NCBI RefSeq assembly: GCF_001949145.1
Contig: NW_019091361.1
Location: forward strand, 2,775,825 to 2,839,824
Origin: Acanthaster planci
Lineage: Eukaryota
Direction of reading: 5' to 3'
DNA length: 64,000 bases
Shown here: positions 50,463 to 63,517 of the stretch, in pieces
Layout of the letters: every line of letters starts with the position of its first letter
Position numbering within the stretch: position 1 is the stretch's first letter
Program-made: the position numbers and the translations under genes
The notes under the pieces: generated by a model
What the model was told of the DNA's origin: nothing
Database searches by the model: none
The model's input: only the letters and a program-made list of their open reading frames with translations

Positions 50463-51814
50463 CTTCAAGCAGAAATATAGCATTCTGCTAAACAAACAAA
50501 ATAAAATAAAGATTGTGAAATTTCCATCTTGTGAGCTTCATCTTGAGTACAGGGACACCTTAAACCGATGTAATCGATAAACGTCCAGTGAGTCGGCACT
50601 TTATTGACCCTCAGGGTGGGACAGACTCGCATACAACGACACCTTTTCTTCGGATTTCACTACAGCACCCGTTCCGGTTTGTTTGGTTTATTTTGTTTTT
50701 CTTTGTTGGGGTATTTGCTTGATTTTTATTAATCACAGAAAATTGCTGTTTTTTTTCACTAATATCTTCAGTTCATTACGAGGTAAGTTTTTGAGATCAG
50801 CCTCCAACGCAACGTTCTTGCAAAATGTCCAATTTCAAATAAAGGTGGAAGAAAAGTGTCAACTTTTTCTACGGACTGTTCACGATGGAATGTGGTCGCC
50901 CACAGCCTGACGGTTTTGTAATGAATTAATGATAGACGAAACAACATTTTTTTGTCCAATCAGACAGAATAGGCTTATAAAAAAGTTTGCAGATATGCAT
51001 TTAATGTTTAATAAATATTAACACAGGGCTATCGAAACTGAAGGACTAGAAACCATTCTTGACTGTTATAGAATGTAAAAAAGCGGATTCTTTGGATTTT
51101 AGTAGGTGCAGGCGAAGAACTGCCTTCACACTTTTTACCTTATTACTAATTCTTCAATATTCAATGAAAACCATTTGACATCCCACTGTGACATCACAGT
51201 TTCGCTCATGAACTTAGAATAACATCGCAAGTAGCATATCAAAAAGGCGCCAAAATACCCTTCAAAAACCCTTTGAAACACACAGGTACATTTTCAAAGG
51301 TGACGGTATTCATTGCATGCTCCTTTACAGGAAACTAATGAATCTGTGACCTTTATACGTGGTTCATTAGACTTATCCCAGTTCTCCAGTCGCTAATTTT
51401 GTCATGGCAGACAAAATACCTGTTCACAAGATCTGCGCGGAAAACCAATGTTGGCCAAGAAGTCGTTAAATTAAGATAAAATACGGCTCTCAGCTGCACG
51501 AACACTCCCGGGACATTGGGAGTGTTTGTGTATGGGCCTACAAGGGGCCCTCCCGGCCTAATACTTGCATGGGTACAATTATGTTGGAGGATACGACGTA
51601 CTAGTCGTCTTTACAGTGGCATAGCACGCTTGCTGTCAAGCCTATACTTTCTAACATACATTACAAATATTATGAACAATTCACTGAACGCCATATTTTC
51701 CCTCCTTCGTGAGCTATGAAGGAAAAGTTCTTTCGAAGATGTCCTCACTGAAATAGGAACCTACCTCTGTAGCAGGAAATGGTTATGTTGTCATATCAGC
51801 CTATTTCCATTCGA

Positions 51815-53340
51815 CACCAACAGTTGCGCTATGCATGTCTGCCAGTGCCTGGTGAGGAATCACGTGCAACAAGAACTGACCTTTAACCCGCAATATAAAA
51901 AGGTTTTGTTGACAGGTAAACTTGAATAGGCCTACGTAGCCTGCGCGTCCTTGACACTGTACGATCTTCCTTGTTTACTCCAATTGGCGGGGATTGTTGA
52001 CCTAGCTGTTGTAAACACAAATGAATATTTCGTATCGGAACCCTTTAGTGTTATCCTAAACCCTTCTTCGGTGTGTTAAAGTTATTTGATTATCAATGGG
52101 TTTATTACGTTACTGTAACATAATTATTGAAAATCGTGTATGTGTTTTTTAGGCAACTGAGGGCGCTGTTACCGGATGTCATTCTTCGAAAACTGTTAAT
52201 TTGGAAACAAAGGTGCATTTTCAGGGGTTGCTTCAAACAAATAAAAATCGGCCGATCGTTTATAAACTACATAACCCCGTTCAGGCAATCAAATTTTCCA
52301 AGAGCCTCAGGAATAAAATCACCCCCTCTATGCTTTTCACAGCAGGAAACTACAGCGTTTTATTTTGAAGCTCCTCTCTCTATGAAAAGCTTTTTAATCA
52401 TGATCTGGCAGAATGATCAGTCCATTTCTGAGTGACGGTGTTTATTTCTCTTTTTACTCGACCATTTATTTGAAGCACACGTACTGCACGTTAAAAATTG
52501 GCAAACGGGGCTTTAGGGTACGTCATTTCCAAAAAAGTGAAGGAAATTACAGAGTTTCACTTCAACTGAATTGCAGTTCCGGAGTTGAGAAATTGATATG
52601 GATAAAGATCGGTACTTCCACGTCGCATTCCCTTGCAACTATGGAATACTTGTTTTTACACCATACTCAATAATGGTATACCTGACTGTAAACATTTAAC
52701 GTGTTCAGTTTCAATGTACTGGTAAGTCTATAATGATCAGGTAAATGTCATTTTCCATAGTCATTTATCAAATGCTAGATAGGTGACGAGCTCTGAGAAC
52801 AAACATAAGATCTAAATCTCTGAACCAAGGAGATGAGCTATACCGCAATCAATTACGGACTGAAGGACGAACAGATCAAGCTCTACGAGGCTGACACTCA
52901 CTTCCAACATAATAATGGCACGTCACAGACTATAGCTTCACGATAATCGCATCTTTTGGTATCCTCTTGAACCTCGCCTTCTTCTTCGTCATCGTCCGGG
53001 TGAAGTCCATGCGAACTGTCCTCAATATCTACCTATCCAGCCTGGCTGTCGCCGATGGACTGATGCTGATCTTTTACTAGGTCAACGCGTGGGCGCCGCA
53101 GCCCGACGAACCATACAACACGATCATCAATATGCTGGATTCGCTTTTGCTACGGAGTTTGCTTCCTGCTCCTTCGTAGCAGCCGTTGCTGTTGCAAAAT
53201 TTTCTGCGGTGCGGGATCCTCTGAGTTTCAGGACAAAAGCCAGCAAAACTCGAGCAGCAATGATTTCAGTGGGACTTTGGACACTCTTACTGACGCATTG
53301 ATTGTGATATTTTTGGTCTTGCTTGGTATCGGACACACAG
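51815..53340 (+). repeat. Segmental duplication unit A (paralog: 57520-57810 plus 62885-64000)
   Basis: Collinear high similarity, e.g. AACTGACC..TTTAACCCGCAATA, GGAAACAAAGGTGCATTTT, TTGAAGCACACGTACTGCACGTTA, and the GPCR ORF. Confidence 0.9.
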
Positions 53341-53400
53341 TAATAATATTGATTGCTGTATTGGTTATCACATTTTATACATCGACTCTTATCAATCACT
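52833..53400 (+). pseudogene. Rhodopsin-like (class A) GPCR pseudogene, copy 1 (N-terminus to ~TM5)
   Basis: MSYTAINYG..., frameshift, FTIIASFGILLNLAFFFVIVRVKSMRTVLNIYLSSLAVADGLMLIFY* (TM1-TM2, in-frame TAG), frameshift, TM3 ...AVAVAKFSAVRDPL, TM4 ISVGLW; truncated by Polinton DNA. Confidence 0.8.
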
Positions 53401-54904
53401 TATACCAACTATACCAGAAAACCATTGAGAAACAGCAGTTCATCATCGACCAGGGCTATCGCTATATTGAGCAGCAGGAATGCGAGTTCGATGCGCAATT
53501 GAAGACGGATGACTCGATGAGAGAATACATTGAGGCCTTGGAAGTTCCCACCCCGTCGTCCCTCGTGATGCCTTCTTTGGAGGACGCACCAAAAAAAAAA
53601 AACCAAACAAACAAACAAAAAACTGGATTTTACCAGCCTGTAACCGTACATAAACAAGTATGGTAAATATCCCATCGGTCATCCCACTATCAACACCGAG
53701 AATTTTGGTGAATGAGCGAGTATGAGGGTCTGGTCAAGGGCAAAGTGCTTCCTCCCAGAGGGCTGTGTCACCCAGTACTTCCCTACAAAGCAACTGGCCG
53801 GTTGATGTTTCCTCTGTGCGCCAAGCGCTGCAAAGCTCAACAGCAGTCTTCCTGTCTCCATAGTGACGAAGAGCGGGCTTCGAGGGGTACCTAGGTCACG
53901 TCGGAACTTCAAAACGCACTTAAGACGGGCTACCTACTGCTTACGATCTATGAGGTGTGGCATTTTGACTGCGTTGCTCAGTACGATCCCGATACAAAAG
54001 AAGGAGGACTATTTGCGTCGTACATTAATGATTTCCTAAAAATGAAGCAGGAAGCCAGCGATTGGCCGCAGAGGTGTCAGACGATGCAGCAGAAACACGA
54101 TTACATCCACAGGTACTTCGACAGGGAAGGTGTCAGGCTGGAGTGGGATAATATCCAAAAGAACCCCGGCCTCAGGGCACTCGCAAAATTGATGATCAAT
54201 AGGTTTTGGGGTAAGTTTCGCCTGAGAGACCTAACATGGCGAAAACGTCGCATTTTTAGCGACCCTGCGGACCCTACTTCGAGAGGATGACTCGCGATGA
54301 CATCCAAGTGAACAGCACCCACTTCGTCTCGTCGGAAATGGTGGAAGTTCAGTGGCAGAATACTGATGATTTCATCGAGCCTTCTGGACGGACCAACGTC
54401 ATCATTGCAGCGAACACCACAGTGCAAGCTCACCTCAAATTGTACGAACTGTTGGAGAATTTAGGACGCCGAGTATTGTATTTAATACGATACTAATAGC
54501 GTGATTTACGTTAGTCGTGAGGGGGAATGGGAACCCGAAATTGGGGATTTCCTCGGCGAATTAACAAATGAAACTGAATCAGATAATTATATTACAGCAT
54601 ATATTCGTGTCAGGTGGACCCCAAAACTACGCTTTTAAGTTGGCTAAGCCAGATAAGAGTGGGAACACGACATTCTGTAAAGTGCGCAGAATAACGCTGA
54701 ACTACAGAAATCACTCAGTCTTGAACTTTGACAGAATGTTCCAGATGGTGCACCACATTGGCGTTCAGCTAACAGATCCCATAAAATATGCAGAAATAAG
54801 AAAACGATGAATATCGAAACAAAAGTAGAAAACAAGAAGTATCAGGTTTTTACACTAAAAGGGTTCAAGTCGAAAACTTTGGCACAGTTCCTTATGGCTA
54901 TTAA
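53400..54904 (+). mobile_element. Decayed Polinton/Maverick protein-primed DNA polymerase B (C-terminal part)
   Basis: Motifs across broken frames: LYQKTIEK..GYRYIE..ECEF, PRDAFFGGRT, DFTSL*PYINK..YPIGHP, VLPPRGLCHPVLPY..GRLMFPLC, EVWHF..GGLFASYINDFLKMKQEASDWP, NPGLRALAKLMINRFWGKF, TNVIIAA..AHLKLY, FVSGGPQNYA, CKVR.ITLN, terminal TVPYGY* (stop 54902-54904). Confidence 0.9.
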
Positions 54905-57900
54905 TATCACACTTCTCAGGGTGGGAAGACAGTTTGTAGCCCCATTGCGTCACATAGTCGTTTGGTTAATGTTTGTGTGTAGGAACATAATGACTGAAAA
55001 GTTGCCGTCATTCACAATTTAAAACAGTTCGTAATCTCCTAAAGAGTGTGTTTAATGTTGAGTTTACAAACCAATTGAACTGCCATGACATTGTCACTCG
55101 GCATTGGAATTCTAGTCGTGTATATTGGGAAATAGAGCTGACAAAACGGTTGAAGGCAAGACACAATAGACACAATATTGTTTTGTGAACTAAAACCACA
55201 TGAAAGAGCAAGGCAATGGTAAATGGTTGCTTAATCCTGCACTGTCAATACGATCATGTTTCATACATGTAAATCCATAATTCCATATGTATGTTAGGTC
55301 GCAAAATGACATGTTAAGCTTATAGTGCGTTTGGAAGATCTCCACATAATACTGATTCTCGAAGATGATAGAATCTCTCTACGTTTGTTTTTGTCCTAAT
55401 GCTTGGTACTTTGCCATCATTGAACGCTAAATGTTGCAGCAGTGCCGCGATTTCACGGCCTTCTTGTGAGGGCGCGCTTCATCAAAAGGCCACGCTCGGT
55501 TTATACAATTTAACAGAATTCGGAACAGGGTTTCAAATCAGCAATCATCATACATCCCAGGGGGTTCAGACGTATTCAGTTGGGTGAGTTATCATTTGAA
55601 ATCTTTATTCAGTCAAGGCCATTTTCAAGCAAATAATGGAGCCGTTTATATGGGTTATTTATCTAAAATTTACTATGGGTTATTACGCACAAATTATTGC
55701 GGGAATACCAACACATCTCCCGGCGTGCCTTTTCATTCTATTTAGATTGAAGTCATTAGGAGTGTGTAACGATAAAAAGATCTTTATTAAACATGCTATT
55801 AATTATCTTTGTTTTCTCTTTACTTGAAGCTCAAATATATTCAAGGGAGGGACAGCAACTACGTACAGGGAGGGTTTTTTCTTGAATTTCTTCTTAAATG
55901 CAATAAACCAGATTGCCAACTAAACTTGGAAAATAGTCTACACTAAACTTTACTTTAATGAAAGTAATTGTTTAAGTAACCAAAATGAAATAAAAACTGA
56001 ACGATTTCCCTTTGATAAGTAGTACATGTACTCTTTGTGTACACAGAGAGTTAACTTTGGCTCCACCATGTAAAAAAAATGAAGAACAGTCGTCAGTGTT
56101 TTTCATAAAATCCTTTGTATTATTCAAGTATCGCAAAAGGCCAAAAGATTTTTAAAGGAGGTTTAGCTCTTTAACACCTTTGTTTATTAAAAGACGAAAA
56201 AAATCTTTTCCAAGGACACAAATGCTTAGATCAAACTAAAATTCTTGGCTCTTTTATATCTCGAATCCTTTTAATCTGCAATTTATTTAACCCGATGTAA
56301 TTCCGTTTATTGTCAATTAAGATTGATTTACTTAAATACTATCTGCTGTATCGTTTGTACGTAATGATAATAAAACACATAAAAGCGTATATCGCCCGTT
56401 GATAAAGAATGTTCTGGTGAGTTTCGGTTGGTTTTAGGCACCCAGTGTCTCCATTTATTTACTTTGTGTATGATGTCCCAACAACGTACAAAATGTACAT
56501 TTAAACGTGTCTACTGCATTGTACTTAAGTTTTTAGACTTTTTTTTACGTTTTTCGTATTAAAGATGTTAGAGGTATGGTTTTGATATTTACCTCTATTT
56601 TTTAACTTATTGCATTTTAGGGTTACCCAGAAAATCAGGCCGCCTAAAGACAAGATGAATAGATGACCCCAACAGACACGATGATTCCATTGTGTGCATT
56701 TTCTGTCATTATGAAAATAAAAGTGCAACAAAGTAAGCCGAAGGTGATGCTGACCAGTTACGTCTGAGAGACAAACTGTGCCGGGATGAGATACATGTAC
56801 ATTTAGTTGTTCTGGGTATCGAAATTCTTGGATTCACTGCGAAAGCGCACAAATTAAAACGGAGTTGAACTTGCGTGTGAAAGCACAAACGCGTCCATCA
56901 GAAGCGCGTCCACCTGTCTCCAAATGTACTGTCAGCCAAATTCTGCGTTCTGATTGGTCGAGAGGCTAAAATGATGACGTAATATCGACTATACTGGCCC
57001 TATAGGCACTACTATGGGCCTAGGATTACATCAACTCTCAAGCAGAATGTCGAGTCATCCGAAGACTCTTTCACCAAAATTTGCAGCCTGAAAAGTCTGA
57101 ATTTAAGGTGTATTTTGTGTCTTGACTCTTTACATGCAATCGTCTGATCTTAATACGACTAAGAATTTTGAGCAGTGGGCACTGCGTTACTTTGTGGCAG
57201 ACAGTGCATATATTTGACATTAGTGTTTACACATGTTTTGCGCAGGGTCGTGCATTAAGAAGTAATTTGCAATTCTGTTTATATTTTACTATTATTTTAC
57301 TATTACTTCACCTTATTTCAAAATATAGACCATGTTTGGGGCACCTCAAAATTTGACCTCATTGGACATTTTGACCTTAATTTTTGATCTTAGGTCAGGT
57401 AACATTTTTGCAACTGGCCGTTTCTGAAACCTTAGACTATAGTCATAGTACACTTTCTAGCAAGGTTGCCAGCTTTGAATAAAAAATGCCATGTAAGTTC
57501 TTTATTCAGGCTCTTGGCCAGCCAACTAGTTGCACTTTCGCGTCCACCTGTGGCAGGTGAGGGATCACATGCAACAACACGGACAGGGAACTGACCCTTT
57601 AACCCGCAATACAAAAGGTTTTTTTGACTGGTAAACTTGAATAGGCCTATATAGCCTGCGCGTCCTTGACACAGTGCGGTCTTCTTTGTTTACTTCCATT
57701 GGAATTATTGGCCTTGATGTTGAACACACAGATATATATTTCGTATCGGAACCCTCTAGTGGTACCCTAAACTCTTCTTGACTGTGTTAAAGCTATTTGA
57801 TTACAAATGGATTTAATCAAGAAAGTTTTTTGTCACTAATGTTTAGAAAGACTAATTAAAATGTGAGTGACAAATTGTATGACTAATTAAATACTAAAAA

Positions 57901-58230
57901 AAACTAATTCCATGTGATTAGTTCAAAGCTGATTCAAGCCGAACGAATTGATATCCCTCCCTCTGATCTCTGAAATTAATGAAAAAATGTGGCTTTTCTC
58001 AGAACACAAGCATGGCTTTATTTCACTATCAAGACCACCTTTGTTCCGATTACATCAAGAAAATGAAAAGCAATTCTTCATTTGTGTGGCCACAAAATGA
58101 GGAGTTATACTGATACACCGTTCCCGATGAAAACGTGGGCGCAGTTCTTAGAACAGCCAAAAACGTCCTTAAAACCTTTTGGCACTCATGCAGTGCTATG
58201 CCGAATACACACGTACAGTATGCAGTTTTC

Positions 58231-59279
58231 TATGGGCGGCCACCAGGGCAAAAAAGACAATTGCACCAACATGAAATTAATATGAAATTAATACATTTAG
58301 TTAAGTCTACCGCAAATTATACAACCCCGCGAAATGATATAACCCCACACTATTATGTAAACCTGCAAAATTACATCACGGAAATATATAACCCCGAAAT
58401 AAATACAACCCCGAAAAATGATACAACCCTGCAAAATATTAATTCGACAAAAGTACATTACCTGCATTTTGTATAACCCGGCATAAATGCAACTCGGCGG
58501 CAAAAACATTAATTCCCAACCAAAAAGACAACCCTGCAATATAACTGTTTCCCAAAAAATTGACCCTTTCAAACGTCAGAGGCGTTTTGCACTTTTTACC
58601 GTCATACAGACAGCTGATTATCATAAAGCTTTTAGAGTTGGACAGCGGAAGTCGTACATTTCGTGATTAATTTATTTGGATAGTTAATGTTTTTCTACAT
58701 TTTTAGTTTAAGTCAATGTAATTTATATTCATTTTTTTCCTTTTTTTTACTGTCATATGTACTCCAATTAATCAGCTATGATAGTAATTTGTTTGACTCC
58801 AACTACACTACACACTGGTGAGAATTTCAACAGAAAGAGGATGAAATACAATCAGCTGACATCAAGATAGTTATAAACTTAATAAAATGGGTATTAACTC
58901 AAAAGAAACTTTACGTACGTGAAAGTCATTCATCCATTGGTGGAAATTTGAAGCCTCTAACGTCCGTACTACAATCAAAGCTAGGCCCGGCTGCTGGCAC
59001 ACATGGCAATATTTGATTCATAGCATGGAAATTTTGGGGAATGGTATAATTTTTGGGAAGTAAATTTTTGCTGGGTAGGCCTATATAAATGTGTGTTAGG
59101 GGTTAATTTGGGGGAATTGCCTGTTTTGGCGTAGTTGTGTAATTTTGCAGGGTTACATAATAGTGTGGGGTTATATTATTTTGCGGGGTGGTATAATTGC
59201 GGTAAACTTAACTAAATGTTTTAATTTCGTATTAATTTTATGCTTGTGCAACTGTTTTTTGGCCTGATGGCTGCCCATA
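58231..59279. mobile_element. Non-autonomous DNA transposon with long (>140 bp) imperfect TIRs
   Basis: TATGGGCGGCCA...TAACCCCACACTATTATGTAA is mirrored by TTACATAATAGTGTGGGGTTA...TGGCTGCCCATA; GTTTTC directly repeated on both flanks. Confidence 0.8.
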
Positions 59280-60709
59280 GTTTTCATATACTGTTCATGT
59301 AAATGTACACGGGCCTACATCACCTGATGAGTAGCCTGCCGAGTGAGCACTAACTGGTCTGATTGAGGTAAGTTTCAAAGTATAATTTAACGGTTTACTC
59401 TTCTAACTTCGGCATTATTTGGTCTCTATTGAAGATACAGCTTGCTATAGTTTAGACCTGGTGTCAAGATAAGCAACGAAATAAGCAAAATTCCATACGT
59501 TCAACACTGTCCGTGATCTATGTACGGACTACGTATGTTCAATCCCCATAGATTAGTTTGTGCATTCAATTTGTGCATTTGCAATGTTGACTCTTGGTTG
59601 TCGGCCTGAGAAATTATTCTGGCAGTCGACGCATATTGGTGATGAACCATGTGAGGGATTTGTACCACCATTTCCCTTGAAGACCGCGTGTGTGATTAAA
59701 ATTGCCAATAATCTACCAAATTTGTCAAATGGCTTTGTAAGAAATATCTCTGGAAAATGGCAAATTTACGACAAAGGATAGTTATGAAAATATTCTCGTT
59801 TTTTAAAACCTAACTCTGTGTCTAATTTTCACAATTTTGCCAGGTTAACTTGGATAACTTTGATGCCACATGAAAGACTAGTAACTCTTATGAATAAAAA
59901 AGTTTATTACTTCTAGGCAGGAAAACGTTTTCTTGAAATTCACTTCGTTTTGCATTTTCACCTTTTTCCCGTGTTTTTCACTTTACTTAGGGCCCAATTT
60001 TCACCCTTGTCAAATTCCCCTCAGATCATCGGTAATACTGTCTGGAAGACTGACGAATCGTTTGTATCATCAGCTCATTTGTCTGAAATGAGGTTCATTT
60101 TTCATACAGATTTAAATTTCCGCATCGAGTGCAACAGCGGTTAAAAAAGAGATGTCCGACTTTGAGGCACGGCATACACTTACAAGCGCACCCCCTGGAA
60201 AAGAGTGCGTTTCGCTATGAGTTGGCTTTTACTCCTTTGCATTAACACGTACAGTCACGTCGCATTGCCCGACTAAAAGGCACAAACAAAGCCTTCCGTT
60301 CTTATTCATCCAGTTTCATTCTTGCATGATACTTTCTCATTAGGGCGTTCACGATATTTCTCACCATCCACAAGTACAGAAATGTCAGGGAAAACCTAGC
60401 CTTTCGTCAAGGCCTTCGTGGCTGTGTTTATGTGTAACTGCAAAACGACTGGACCGGAGACCACATTCACGAGTGGCGCAGCCAAGAAGCCTTTTCCAAC
60501 GTGTCAGAAATTTCTTATGTTTTTTCTTTGTCTTCAATTCCCCGTTCCAAAAATCTCAACCAATTATAAGCGAGGGGGTCAGCATACATTAACCTTTTAT
60601 GCAAGTTGAAAGTATGCGAAAGGTAGCGAGCGTGTCAAGCGTGTCGGTGGCCGTGAGTGCAGGTCAGTTGTCTGAGCAGTATTTGGGCAGTTCTTTAGAA
60701 TATGCTGCT

Positions 60710-61000
60710 GGAAGTGCTATTGAAGCATCTGTACACGGGTGTGACGTTTTTGTCTCTTTACCCACGGGATATGGTAAGAGCTCCATATTTCAAGCATTGC
60801 CTTTTAACGGCAGTGCTTGAAATATTGAGCGCTCAAAGCAAAACACGTTTGCTAGTGCTACTCCAACGTCAGCACCAGTATCCCCCACCCTGCCCACAAC
60901 AAGCATCACAGTTGTCATCTCACCGATTATTGCCCTCATGAAAAACCAGGTGGAAACATTGTATAAGCTTTGGAGTTGATGCCGTTTATATCGGAGACTC
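60710..61000 (+). pseudogene. RecQ-like SF2 helicase fragment, probably transposon-borne
   Basis: AIEASVHGCDVFVSLPTGYGKSSIFQALP (motif I) and SITVVISPIIALMKNQVETL (motif Ia), disrupted by a stop and frameshifts. Confidence 0.75.
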
Positions 61001-61767
61001 ATCCGCTTCAACTATTTACAAGAAGTTTAAGAATAATTCACCACAAAAACCTCAAAATCGAGTTGGAAAAGGCCTTATGGCTGCACCACTCGCCTGGTCT
61101 CCTGTACTAGTCACTTTGCTGTTACACACACAGCCACGAAGGCTACAGGGAAAACCCAACAAAACTGACACAATTTCCTCTTAAATGTTGACTTCCCATC
61201 CAACTTCTGACTCTCTCACTTTGGAGGTACGTGAGAAAGACGGGCAAAAATTTGGCTGAAAATGGATTTTTATCGTGCGCAAGTTAGCAAGAGGGACTCT
61301 GAGTGTTTAAATACTAATCAGTATGGAAATGAAGAGCAAACAAATATGTCTTGCCTTGATGTTGATCGATTACTTTTGGGGTCCACCTGTCCAAGTCAAG
61401 AGCCATTTTACTGGTTTCTGGCTGTAGTGGGATTCAGTACGCATGCGCACAAACTAGGGGACTAGCCTAACGTGCCGTGAGCGTTCAGTTAGCATACAGG
61501 TCTAGGCTGGGTGCTCTAGTCTGCCCATATTAATTTGCTGGTCGTACGCTAAGAGGTGGGTTGACCCCTCACTGGTGCTGTGGCGACTCAGTCAAATGTA
61601 AAGGGGGAGTTGGTTAAAACACATTGCAGGACTGTAATGCATCGATGTTACGAAGTAACGATGATTTAAGATGTGAAGAAATCGAGTGGAACACACCCAC
61701 GACAATACTTGGCACACTGCCACTGACTGTCATGATTTAAAGACTGGAAAGGGGCCCACGTACCTCG

Positions 61768-62129
61768 CCCGTGGCTGAGGCCTTGTAACTAACTGACATT
61801 AAGCCCGTACAAAGTTCAGGATCGACTGTTAAATTGATTTAGTTTAAAATTTTAATTTTAGAATGTTCCTAGCCCATTACGAAATTCCTCCCCGTGGCTA
61901 AGGCCTTGTAACTAACATTAACCCATACAAAGTTCAATATTGGCTGTTAACATGATTTAGTTTAAAATATTAATTTAAAATGGGCCTAGCCCATTACGAA
62001 ATTCTTCCCCGTGGCTGAGACCTTGTTACTAACTAACATTAAGCCCATACAAAGTTCAATATTGACTGTTAACTTGATTCAGCTTGAAATTTTTATTTCA
62101 AAATTGGCCTACCCATTACAAAATTCCTC
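61768..62129. repeat. Tandem repeat, ~120-bp unit x 3
   Basis: Units start at 61768, 61891 and 62008 (CCCGTGGCTRAGRCCTTGT...CCCATTACRAAATTC). Confidence 0.9.
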
Positions 62130-63517
62130 TAAAATATTGAAAAATTGGAATTGGTAGTTTTGTAAAAAAATTGGCATTATCAAAGTTCGACTATACTTTT
62201 GCAGCCGCAAACATTCATTATGTATTTGGATGAGAACTTGATGCTTCAAACGAATGGATATACTACCATTTACGTTTCTCAAAACTTAAACCTTGTTAAA
62301 TTGAAGCATCGTATTTGACGTATTTGTAACAGGTTTATTTATGCAGTGTTTAATTATAATTACAACCAGTTTTTGGGCAGTGTATGCTGACTTTGTGATA
62401 TCAATCACTTGTAATTTTTAATGATGTACTTGTGAATTGTGCATGAAACTAAATTGTTGAGAATGTATAGCTGACTAATTATTGGTGGCGCAGACTAATT
62501 ACTAGTTTCGCAATACGAATGTAAAGATCAATTAATTTTACTTAATTACTAATTAATTTTTAGAGATTACTACTTAACTTTCCGGCATGACTAATCGTCC
62601 AAAAGATTAGTCAAATTAAACCTTTTTTGAAAACTAATTATTATCAGTCATCGCACCAACGTAATGACTAATCTTTCAACTCGTGTGACTAACTAAATAT
62701 TGGTTAAATTATACCATGGATTGACTACTTTGTTTTGGTCAAGTGACTGTGTTGGGTTTTGCTGAAATATATGTATAACGTTGAGGTTTTTTGGTCGGAA
62801 TGACGTTTATGTGATGTGAACTTTATTCGCTAACGATGCCCAAACACCCTTTAAATTTCCGAAAAACCTAAAATAAGTTTAATGCGGAAACAAAGGTGCA
62901 TTTTTACTGGTTGCTTTGAACAGGTGAAAATCGGACGCACGTTTATCAACTATATAACTGCACATATATTTCACACAATCGTATTTTTCAATAGATTTCA
63001 AATCGCCCCTCCGTACTTTTCACAGCAGGACAGAATGTTTTATTTGAAGCTCCTCTCTCTATGAAAAACCTTTTACTTATAATCTGGCAGAATGGTCAAC
63101 CCATTTCTAAGTGGCAATGTTTATTTCTCTTTTCACTCGACTATGTATTTGAAGCACACGTACTGCACGTTAGAAAAGTTTGCAAACGGGGTTTCGAGGT
63201 ACGTCATTTCCCTCCAAAGTGAAGGCAATGAAAGAGTTTCACTTCAAGTCAACTCAATTTGTTGCAGTTTCGGAGTTGAGAAACTGATAGGATTAAGATC
63301 AGTACTTCCACGTCGCATTCCCTTTTAACTATGGAATACTTGTTTTCACACCATACTTAATAGTGGTAAACCTGACTTATAAAACATTTAACGTGTTTTA
63401 GTTCCAGCGTGTAAGTCTATAATTATCAGGTAAATGTCATTTTCCACAGTCATTTATCAAATCATAGGTGACGAGCTCTGAGAACAAACATAAGACCAAA
63501 ATCTCTGAACCAAGGAG

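Noticed and set aside
59326..59350. Second CTGATGA hammerhead candidate
   Set aside because: No downstream GAAA box or stems.
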